From the NCBI RefSeq assembly GCF_000017845.1, contig NC_010546.1, positions 1,110,001 through 1,142,000 on the forward strand: a DNA stretch of 32,000 bases, given 5' to 3'. Positions 15,106 to 22,921 of the stretch are shown here, in pieces. Source of the DNA: Crocosphaera subtropica ATCC 51142. Lineage in GTDB: Bacteria > Cyanobacteriota > Cyanobacteriia > Cyanobacteriales > Microcystaceae. The position numbers and the translations under genes are program-made. How positions within the stretch are numbered: position 1 is the stretch's first letter; every line of letters starts with the position of its first letter. The notes under the pieces are model-generated. The model ran no database searches. It was not told the DNA's origin and worked only from the letters and a program-made list of their open reading frames with translations.

Positions 15106-17898
15106 ATGCGCTGCTTAAACTGCCACCTGGATAACCTTCCCGAAACCACCCAACGCTGTCCCCATTGTGGGGCGCAAGTTCTCTCCTTGTTACAAGAAGT
15201 GTTACCCCAAGGCACCCAACTGCGATCGCATACATACTGTTTAGACGATGCTATGGGAAAGGGTAGTTTTGGCATTACCTATCGCGCCCATCATACCGCA
15301 TTAAAGAATCCTGTCGCCATTAAAGAATTTTATCCCGTTGAATATGTATCTCGAAATATTGAAACCAAACTATTAATTATTCCCGCTAAACATCGAGACG
15401 CATACCAAAGAAGTTTATATCGTTTTTTAGAAGAAGGGCAGATATTAGCCAAGTTAAATCATCCCAATGTGGTTAAAGTAAGGGACTTATTTGAAGAAAG
15501 AGATACTGCTTATATTGTCATGGACTTAGTACAGGGCAAAACCTTATTAAAAGAATTAGAAAATCAGCCCCAAAAAAAACTATCCCCTGACAGAATAGAA
15601 AATTTCATTGGACAATTAGTTCATGCCTTAACTGCCATTCACGAAGCCGGTATTTATCATCTGGATCTTAAACCAGAAAATATGATCTTAACTCCTGACG
15701 ATCAATTAATTTTAATTGATTTTGGAGCAGCCACTTTAGCTAGTGATGCTAAACGAAAAAGAACTCGTTCTTTTACCGAATGTTACGCAGCCCCGGAAAT
15801 CATGTCAGGGGGAGAAGTTGGACCAGAAAGTGATCTCTTTGAAGTAGGAATGATTCTCCATGAACTATTAACAGGAACCTTACCCCCACCAGCCATGAAG
15901 CGTGTTTTAGAAACCGATACCTGGCAACCTCAAGGGTTAACTCATCCCTGGGATATGTTAATCGTTGATGCCTTGAGAATTCAAAGAATCCATCGCAGTC
16001 GAACTGTCGCCCAATGGTGGGAATTACGAAGGCAAAAACAAGAAAATATCATTAGAATTGACCAAAAAAGTCTCGAAAACTTACAAGGAAAATTTATATT
16101 ACCTTTATTACAACAGCAAGGAATGACTCAGAAATTGGGGCGAGGTTGTATTAGAAAAGTGATTCCTGTTAATCAAAATCAGGTTTTAGTTTTAGAAGCA
16201 GCAGGAGCCTCCTTATTAGATTTTAATACTAAAATTGCTCACTGGGAAATTGACTGTCCCACGTCCTGGGGAGCCGTTAGTGAGAATAAAAACATATTAG
16301 CCTTAGTGTGGCAACAAAACATCTATTTATGGGATTTGAATCAGGGAAAGTTATTAAGACAATTACAAGGTCATTCCAAGAAAATAACGGATCTCGCATT
16401 TAACAAAGATGGCTCTTTATTACTGTCAGGAAGTCTCGATGAAACTTTAATTATCTGGGAAATTCAAACAGGAAGAAAACGTCATGAATTATCTGAACCA
16501 ATGGGACGCATAACCGCCGTTGCTTTCAGTGAAGATAATCAATTTATTGCTTCTGGTTCCCATACAGGAATCGTGAGAATTTGGGGAGCCATATCTGGTC
16601 AAGAATGGCGGTGTTTAGAAGGCCATCAAATGGCAGTAGAAAGCTTAATTTTTAGCTCAGATAGTAAACTCTTAGCCTCAGCAGGACGGGATAAAACCAT
16701 TCGTTTATGGGACGTTACGTCAGGAAAATTTCAACAAGTCTTAGAAGGTCATCAGGACTGGGTCAAAGCATTGAGTTTTGATAAAAATGCCGATTATTTA
16801 GCTTCTGCATCGGCCATTAATGATAAAACTATTCGTATTTGGTCTATTGACCAACGACAACAAACCCAACAACTACAAGGCCATCGTAACAGTATTCAAG
16901 CGATCGCTTTTTGTGCTGATGATCGTTATTTGATCTCAGCAGCATCTGACAACACTATCCGTCTCTGGGACCGAGACACCGGAAAAGCGATCAAACAACT
17001 CAAACAACACACCAATTGGGTGTATAGTGTAGCCTGTAGTGCGGACGGTCGTTGGGTAGCTATTGGATACAATGACTGGACTGTGCGCCTTTGGGATATC
17101 ATTGAACAACGGGAAGTTAATTGTCTCGAAGGTCATGAAAGTGCTGTTTCTAGTGTGGCCTTTTGTCCTGATAGTCAACACCTCATCTCTGGGAGTTGGG
17201 ATGGAACTCTCAGAGTCTGGGATATTCTCACAGGAAAATGTAAACGCATTTTACAAGGTCATGAAAACTGGGTCAGTTGTGTTGCAGTGAGTCCTAACGG
17301 TCAATGGGTGGCCTCTGGGAGTTGGGATAAAACTGTTTGTCTTTGGGAAATTACTAATAATTGGCCTCATTTTAAAGGGAGTAAACCCACTCGCATTTTA
17401 CAAGGCCACTTAGAAGATATTGAAGGGGTTGCTTTTAGTCCTGATAGTCAATTAATGGCTAGTTCTAGTAATGATAAAACGATTAGAATTTGGGAAGTTG
17501 CATCCGGTCAACAAGTGCAACAATTAGAAGGTCATAAATATAGTGTTGACGATGTGGTTTTTAGTCCCGATGGTCAATTTATTGCTTCCGTGAGTCGAGA
17601 TAAAACGGTGAGAGTTTGGCACGTTATTTCGGGTAAAGAAATTCATCGCTTTCAAGGTCATACCCATTATGTGAAATGTGTAGCATTTAGTTTAGACGGT
17701 CGTTATTTAGTTTCTGGGGGAAAAGATAAAATGATTGCTATTTGGGATCTCATTTCAGGAGAATTGAGTCAATTAATTCAAGGTCATACGAATGATATTA
17801 ATAGCATTGCTTTTACTGGAGATGGTTCCTTTTTAGTCTCTGGGGATAATGATGGCGTGGTGAGGTTATGGAAATTACAGTTAGGCAGTGAAAGTTAG
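15106..17898 (+). CDS. Zinc-ribbon - Ser/Thr protein kinase - WD40 repeat (about 13-14 blades) protein
   Basis: 930-aa ORF. The N-terminal CxxC...CxxC is MRCLNCH...RCPHCG. Hanks kinase motifs: GKGSFG, VAIKEF, HLDLKPENM, IDFGAA, YAAPEI. About 13-14 WD repeats follow, each with a GH...(W[DEH]) periodicity (for example LQGHSKKITDLAF...IWEIQTG), enough for two 7-bladed propellers. Confidence 0.9.
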   Translation: MRCLNCHLDNLPETTQRCPHCGAQVLSLLQEVLPQGTQLRSHTYCLDDAMGKGSFGITYRAHHTALKNPVAIKEFYPVEYVSRNIETKLLIIPAKHRDAYQRSLYRFLEEGQILAKLNHPNVVKVRDLFEERDTAYIVMDLVQGKTLLKELENQPQKKLSPDRIENFIGQLVHALTAIHEAGIYHLDLKPENMILTPDDQLILIDFGAATLASDAKRKRTRSFTECYAAPEIMSGGEVGPESDLFEVGMILHELLTGTLPPPAMKRVLETDTWQPQGLTHPWDMLIVDALRIQRIHRSRTVAQWWELRRQKQENIIRIDQKSLENLQGKFILPLLQQQGMTQKLGRGCIRKVIPVNQNQVLVLEAAGASLLDFNTKIAHWEIDCPTSWGAVSENKNILALVWQQNIYLWDLNQGKLLRQLQGHSKKITDLAFNKDGSLLLSGSLDETLIIWEIQTGRKRHELSEPMGRITAVAFSEDNQFIASGSHTGIVRIWGAISGQEWRCLEGHQMAVESLIFSSDSKLLASAGRDKTIRLWDVTSGKFQQVLEGHQDWVKALSFDKNADYLASASAINDKTIRIWSIDQRQQTQQLQGHRNSIQAIAFCADDRYLISAASDNTIRLWDRDTGKAIKQLKQHTNWVYSVACSADGRWVAIGYNDWTVRLWDIIEQREVNCLEGHESAVSSVAFCPDSQHLISGSWDGTLRVWDILTGKCKRILQGHENWVSCVAVSPNGQWVASGSWDKTVCLWEITNNWPHFKGSKPTRILQGHLEDIEGVAFSPDSQLMASSSNDKTIRIWEVASGQQVQQLEGHKYSVDDVVFSPDGQFIASVSRDKTVRVWHVISGKEIHRFQGHTHYVKCVAFSLDGRYLVSGGKDKMIAIWDLISGELSQLIQGHTNDINSIAFTGDGSFLVSGDNDGVVRLWKLQLGSES

Positions 17899-17926
17899 GA
17901 GTTCGGAGTTTGGAGTTCGGAGTTAT
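17892..17926. repeat. Degenerate heptamer tandem repeat (AAGTTAG GAGTTCG GAGTTTG GAGTTCG GAGTTAT), STRR-like
   Basis: Direct reading of the sequence. It overlaps the TAG stop of the kinase-WD40 gene and continues downstream. It has the same unit and orientation as 12072-12106. Confidence 0.8.
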
Positions 17927-18005
17927 AACAATACAAAAATTCGTGTTTGACATTTTTCATATTTTTATTTGTCATTCCGAGGAACGAGGAATCTCAAACC
18001 TTAAC

Positions 18006-18188
18006 CTATCCTGATGAAATTAGACAAAGCAGAATTGAACCAAATAAAGCTAATTCAATAATTCCCCATTGACAACAAAATTGTTTGATTGTTTCTAATT
18101 CAACCCCTAACCGTTTGTGTATTTTGGGTTTAATTTCTAGTTGATAATTTTCCCTAACCATAATTCTATTCTTCCTCAAAATAAACAC
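18006..18188 (-). pseudogene. Truncated N-terminal fragment of a nucleotidyltransferase (MNT-type antitoxin) gene
   Basis: The ORF contains ...ELETIKQFCCQWGIIELALFGS, the conserved N-terminus of minimal nucleotidyltransferases (normally ...LALFGSxxRxDxxxxSDxD...). The frame ends about 10 aa later without the catalytic GS-x-DxD continuation. No HepT partner is adjacent. Confidence 0.45.
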
Positions 18189-18355
18189 TTATCAACTATG
18201 ACTTATCTATTATATTTCAACAACTAACTGATAAGTGATCACTGAAACAACTGTCACTATTCCCCTTCAAACCAAAGCATTAAACCCCTAACATGGGAAC
18301 AATAACCCCATTATTAGCTAGTCTATAGGGTAAACCCATTACTAATATTAATGCT

Positions 18356-20272
18356 ATGACAACTATTCCCGAATATGCTAACTTAACTGCCTTACCTGAT
18401 ATCTGGGCGATCGCAGCTAAAAAATTCCCCGATATCCTCGCCCTTCATGATCCCCACAGTAAACCAGAAGTTAAACTCACCTTTGCTCAGTTATACCAAC
18501 AAATTAAACAATTTGCCTCTGGACTACAAGCCCTAGGTGTGACCCCCGATGATAAAATTAGTCTCATTGCTGATAACAGTCCCCGTTGGTTCATTGCCGA
18601 TCAAGGATCGATGTTAGCTGGCGCAGCCAATGCCGTGCGATCAGCACAAGCGGATAAAAACGAATTGGCCTACATTTTAAGGGATAGTGATAGTAGTACC
18701 CTCATCGTAGAAAATCAGAAAACTTTAGATAAACTACGTTCTTTTTGTGACGAAATACCCTTACAACTCATCATCCTTCTCAGCGACGAAACCCCTAAAA
18801 CAGATGATTCGATTAAAACCTTAAACTACTCCCAACTGATGGAACAAGGGGCAAACAACACCTTACAACCTATCACCAAAGAGGATGATGATTTAGCTAC
18901 TTTAATTTATACATCAGGAACCACCGGACAACCCAAAGGTGCGATGTTGTCTCACGGTAACCTATTGCACCAAGTTAAAAATTTAGATGCCATTATCCAA
19001 CCCAAAGCAGGGGATATTGTTCTTAGCATTTTACCCTCTTGGCATTCCTACGAACGCAGTGCAGAATATTTTCTACTGTCTCAAGGATGCACCCTCACTT
19101 ATACGAATATCCGCAACTTTAAGACCGATCTCAAAAAGTTTAAACCCCATCACATGGTAGGGGTTCCTCGTCTCTGGGACTCCCTGTATGAAGGGATACA
19201 GAAGCAACTACGGGATCAAAGTCCCACCCAACAAAAAATAGTCCAGTTTTTCTTCAATCTTTCTCAAACCTTTATTCTTTCGAGACGCATTGCCAATAAT
19301 ATGAGTTTAGAACACTTTGATGCGTCAGGGACAGAACGGTTTATAGCACGACTCAAAGCATCCTTATTAGCTCCTTTACACAGTTTAGGGGATAAATTAG
19401 TCTACAACAAGATTCGAGAAGGTTTAGGGGGCAATTTTGAAACCCTGGTCAGTGGTGGCGGTTCTTTGGCCAAACATTTAGACGACTTTTACGAGATCAT
19501 CAACGTCCCCGTGTTAGTGGGTTACGGCCTCACCGAAACTTCCCCTGTTACCAATGCACGCACCCATAGTCATAACCTACGAGGTTCCTCCGGTCAACCC
19601 ATCCCCAAAACAGAGATCAAGATCGTCGATCTTGATACCGGTGAACCCCTCTCCCAAGGAAAAAAGGGGGTTGTTCTCATACGGGGACCCCAAGTGATGC
19701 AAGGATATTACAAAAAACCCGAAGCAACGGCTAAGGCGATCAATTCCGAAGGATGGTTTAATAGTGGGGACTTAGGATGGATCACCCCCATGAATGATCT
19801 GGTGATTACCGGACGGGCCAAAGATACCATTGTGTTGAGTAACGGCGAAAATATCGAACCCCAGCCCATCGAAGATGCTTGCGTCAGAAGTGCCTATATT
19901 GACCAAATGATGTTAGTGGGGCAAGATCAAAAAGCTTTAGGTGCTTTAATTGTACCCAACTTAGACGCATTGCAAACATGGGGCAAAAATCAACAACTGA
20001 ACCTAACCTTTCCTCCCGAAGATGCCAGCAGAGAAGCGATCGTTAATAGTGATCTCTATGGAAAACCCGTTCAAGACCTATTTAAACAAGAATTGAACCG
20101 AGAAGTCAAAAACCGCCCCGGATACCGTGCAGATGACCAAATTAAAGCCTTTGAACTGATATTAGAACCCTTTTCCGTTGAAAATGGGATGATGACCCAA
20201 ACCCTAAAAATAAAACGGCCTGTGGTGACAGAACGATATCAGGGTATGATCGACGGGATGTTTGAATCTTAA
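18356..20272 (+). CDS. aas: AMP-dependent long-chain acyl-ACP/acyl-CoA synthetase (cyanobacterial Aas-like)
   Basis: 638-aa ORF. The AMP-binding signature is YTSGTTGQPKGAMLSHGNL. Also present: GYGLTETSP, GWFNSGDLGW and the C-terminal TLKIKR. The N-terminal region resembles cyanobacterial acyl-ACP synthetases. Confidence 0.75.
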   Translation: MTTIPEYANLTALPDIWAIAAKKFPDILALHDPHSKPEVKLTFAQLYQQIKQFASGLQALGVTPDDKISLIADNSPRWFIADQGSMLAGAANAVRSAQADKNELAYILRDSDSSTLIVENQKTLDKLRSFCDEIPLQLIILLSDETPKTDDSIKTLNYSQLMEQGANNTLQPITKEDDDLATLIYTSGTTGQPKGAMLSHGNLLHQVKNLDAIIQPKAGDIVLSILPSWHSYERSAEYFLLSQGCTLTYTNIRNFKTDLKKFKPHHMVGVPRLWDSLYEGIQKQLRDQSPTQQKIVQFFFNLSQTFILSRRIANNMSLEHFDASGTERFIARLKASLLAPLHSLGDKLVYNKIREGLGGNFETLVSGGGSLAKHLDDFYEIINVPVLVGYGLTETSPVTNARTHSHNLRGSSGQPIPKTEIKIVDLDTGEPLSQGKKGVVLIRGPQVMQGYYKKPEATAKAINSEGWFNSGDLGWITPMNDLVITGRAKDTIVLSNGENIEPQPIEDACVRSAYIDQMMLVGQDQKALGALIVPNLDALQTWGKNQQLNLTFPPEDASREAIVNSDLYGKPVQDLFKQELNREVKNRPGYRADDQIKAFELILEPFSVENGMMTQTLKIKRPVVTERYQGMIDGMFES

Positions 20273-20306
20273 TCATTGAACAAATTAGTCAACGGAGAAA
20301 ACATTC

Positions 20307-20756
20307 ATGGAAGACGCAAACACCAGCTTATTACTCAAACGACCCGTTAATTTAAAAGTGATTGTAACCCCTCGCTGGAAAGAAGAAATGCAGCAACAAT
20401 TGCAAGCACAAATTAACCAGCTTGACAACCAAATGCAACAAATTGAAATGCAAGGACAAAGAGCCATTTCCGAGATCCAAAAACAAAGCGTTTCCCCTCC
20501 TGGTGAACAAACAACCCAACAAATTGATAATATTCAATTACAAGTTAACCAGAAAAAAAGTGAATTTTTAGAACGGAAAAATCAATTTTTACAACAAATG
20601 CAACAAGTGCAAGTGGTTGAACTCGAACAAGAAGTGGTTCAAGGACAAATGGAAAGCTTTTTCCGGGTTGAAAAAGGAGACAACTTAGTAAAAAAATTAA
20701 ACGTAGAAATTGTCATTCGTGACGGCGTGATTGAAGAAATTCGCGGAGAAATTTAA
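20307..20756 (+). CDS. YlqD-family coiled-coil protein
   Basis: 149-aa ORF with GGAG about 10 nt upstream. It has a Gln-rich coiled-coil centre. The C-terminal VEIVIRDGVIEEIRG resembles the conserved end of the YlqD family. A strong terminator follows. Confidence 0.55.
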   Translation: MEDANTSLLLKRPVNLKVIVTPRWKEEMQQQLQAQINQLDNQMQQIEMQGQRAISEIQKQSVSPPGEQTTQQIDNIQLQVNQKKSEFLERKNQFLQQMQQVQVVELEQEVVQGQMESFFRVEKGDNLVKKLNVEIVIRDGVIEEIRGEI

Positions 20757-20763
20757 TTGACAC

Positions 20764-20797
20764 AGCCACGTTGCTTTGAGCGCGTGGCCTTTTTTTT
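20764..20797 (+). terminator. Rho-independent terminator
   Basis: The stem is GCCACG(20765-20770)/CGTGGC(20783-20788), followed by a run of 8 T (20790-20797). It begins 8 nt after the stop of the YlqD-like gene. Confidence 0.75.
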
Positions 20798-20876
20798 CTA
20801 AACTGATACTTCTTTTTACATCATGAAGAGAATACAAAAAATGCTATGCTGAAAGTAGAGACGTAAGCCCTCACCT

Positions 20877-21551
20877 ATGCCATTACTGATTTTAGTCGCT
20901 GATGACGATCTGGGAATTCGTGTCGCTGTTAAAGACTATTTAGAAATGCACGGTTATACAGCTATAACCGCCCAAAACGGAGAAGATGCCTTTTCCCTAG
21001 TTCAAAAGTATCGTCCCCATTTGTTGGTATCAGATATTAAGATGCCATATAAAGACGGTTATACCTTAGTCAAAGAACTGCGACAACTGCCAGAATTTCG
21101 CTTGTTACCGGTGGTCTTTTTGACCGAATGTGATACAACTGAAAACCGTATTCAAGGGTATCAAGTGGGTTGTGATGTTTATCTACCCAAACCCTTTGAA
21201 ATGGAAGAATTAAAAGCAGTGATTCGGAATTTATTAGAGCGATCGCAAATCATCCAGTCAGAATGGCGATTTTCTCAAGAACAGGCCCAGATCCAGAAAA
21301 ATCTCCAACAACAGCAAGAAGCTGCTAAGATTTCCATCCAAGCAGAAATGGAACTGTTGGACTTAACACGAAGAGAAAGCGAAGTGCTTGATCTATTGAC
21401 CATGGGACTCTCCAACGGGGAAATTGGTCAAAGACTCCATTTAAGCCCCCGTACCATCGAGAAATATGTTAGTAGTTTACTGCGGAAAACCGACACCAGC
21501 AACCGTGCCGAATTAGTTCGTTTCGCCTTAGACCATCATTTAGTTAGTTAA
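20877..21551 (+). CDS. Response regulator, NarL/LuxR family (REC plus LuxR-type HTH)
   Basis: 224-aa ORF. REC motifs: LVADDD, the phospho-acceptor context LLVSDIKMP, and LPKPF. The C-terminal LTRRESEVLDLLTMGLSNGEIGQRLHLSPRTIEKYVSSLLRK is a LuxR/GerE HTH. Confidence 0.85.
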   Translation: MPLLILVADDDLGIRVAVKDYLEMHGYTAITAQNGEDAFSLVQKYRPHLLVSDIKMPYKDGYTLVKELRQLPEFRLLPVVFLTECDTTENRIQGYQVGCDVYLPKPFEMEELKAVIRNLLERSQIIQSEWRFSQEQAQIQKNLQQQQEAAKISIQAEMELLDLTRRESEVLDLLTMGLSNGEIGQRLHLSPRTIEKYVSSLLRKTDTSNRAELVRFALDHHLVS

Positions 21552-21705
21552 ACCCTGGGAACAAAGCCTAACAAAATCGGTCACTTAAGTTACAATAAAC
21601 AACAAGTTTAATATATTGTTAATTATCCAAACTTTTTAAAGTGTCTCCGTAACAAGAGTTAGCCGTTTTTTTGATGTTTTACGCTTCATCGGCGACTCTT
21701 AAAGG

Positions 21706-21733
21706 CAGTCCAAGGCTTCCTTGGACTGTTTTT
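21706..21733. terminator. Strong hairpin plus T-run in a convergent intergenic region; probably a shared or bidirectional terminator
   Basis: CAGTCCAAGG-CTT-CCTTGGACTG forms a 10-bp stem (21706-21728), followed by TTTTT (21729-21733) on the + strand and preceded by an A-rich tract. It lies 10 nt beyond the ychF stop and about 155 nt after the response-regulator stop. Confidence 0.6.
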
Positions 21734-21742
21734 CCTCTCTCC

Positions 21743-22834
21743 TTAGACATTAAACCGAAATAACATCACATCCCCTTCTTGCACTACATAGTCTTTGCCT
21801 TCGCTACGAACTAATCCCTTTTCTTTAGCCACCGTCATGGTTTTACAAGCCACCAAATCTTCATAGGAAATGGTTTCAGCACGAATAAACCCCCGTTCAA
21901 AGTCCGTATGAATAACCCCTGCTGCTTGGGGTGCTTTCATTCCAGCCAAAATAGTCCAAGCACGAGTTTCTTGGGGTCCGGTGGTTAAATAGGTTCTCAG
22001 TCCCAATAATTCGTATGTAGCTTGAATGAGGGATTGTAACCCCCCTTCTTTGACTCCTAAGGATTCTAAATAGTCTGCTTTTTCTTCTTCGGAAATCTCG
22101 ATCAATTCCGATTCGACTTGAGCAGAAACAATCACTACTTTTGCTCGATCAGTCTCAGCAATCTTTCTCACTTCCTCTACCCAATCATTCCCCGTGGCTA
22201 AGTCATCTTCTGACACATTGGCCGCATAAATAATCGGTTTACGGGTCAGTAGCCCTAAAGGTTTGATTAAAACTTCCTCTTCCTCTGTTAGCTCTACATG
22301 GCGCGCTCCTTTTCCTTCATTCAGCACAGCGACAATCTTCTCTAAGGCGATAATTTCTTCTTGGCCGTCTTTTTTGCCCTTGACTTGCTTTTTCACCCGT
22401 TCTAGACGTTTTTCCATTTGGGCTAAATCAGCTAAAGCCAGTTCTAAGTTAATCACTTCGATATCCCTAGCCGGGTCAACGGAACCAGAAACATGAATAA
22501 TATCATCGTCATCGAAACAGCGAACCACATGAACAATGGCATCCACTTCCCGTATATTCGCTAAGAATTGATTACCTAGTCCTTCTCCTTGGGATGCACC
22601 TTTAACTAGGCCCGCAATATCTACAAATTCGATACGGGTGGGGACAATTTTCTCCGACTGGGACAGTTCCGCTAACACCCCTAATCGTTCATCAGGAACC
22701 GACACCACTCCCACATTCGGCTCAATGGTACAAAAGGGGAAGTTAGCTGCGTCTGCTTTGGCATTGGCAACAAGAGCATTGAATAAGGTGGATTTACCGA
22801 CGTTAGGGAGTCCAACGATTCCAGCTTTGAGCAT
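21743..22834 (-). CDS. ychF: Ribosome-binding / redox-regulated ATPase YchF
   Basis: 363-aa ORF. Motifs: GIVGLPNVGKSTLFNAL, FPFCTIEPNVG, DIAGLVKGAS.GEGLGN.FL, and the C-terminal TGS-like region GFIRAE...VQEGDVMLFRFNV. Confidence 0.92.
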   Translation of the reverse strand: MLKAGIVGLPNVGKSTLFNALVANAKADAANFPFCTIEPNVGVVSVPDERLGVLAELSQSEKIVPTRIEFVDIAGLVKGASQGEGLGNQFLANIREVDAIVHVVRCFDDDDIIHVSGSVDPARDIEVINLELALADLAQMEKRLERVKKQVKGKKDGQEEIIALEKIVAVLNEGKGARHVELTEEEEVLIKPLGLLTRKPIIYAANVSEDDLATGNDWVEEVRKIAETDRAKVVIVSAQVESELIEISEEEKADYLESLGVKEGGLQSLIQATYELLGLRTYLTTGPQETRAWTILAGMKAPQAAGVIHTDFERGFIRAETISYEDLVACKTMTVAKEKGLVRSEGKDYVVQEGDVMLFRFNV

Positions 22835-22921
22835 TCTATCTGTTATATCATAATCACTTCAGTCTTTATTTATTATCAATGATCAATGAAAAATAATCAA
22901 TTCAACCTAATTAAATAATTA

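Noticed and set aside
15012-15275. 87-aa minus-strand ORF overlapping the start of the kinase-WD40 gene
   Set aside because: It is antisense to the well-supported zinc-ribbon/kinase N-terminus, and no family or SD was recognised. It is a shadow ORF.
21590-21733. Candidate small RNA: a promoter-like TTACAA-N16-TATATT about 115 nt upstream of the strong hairpin and T-run at 21706-21733
   Set aside because: The promoter match is weak in AT-rich DNA. The terminator is adequately explained as serving the convergent response-regulator and ychF genes. There is no independent support without transcript data.
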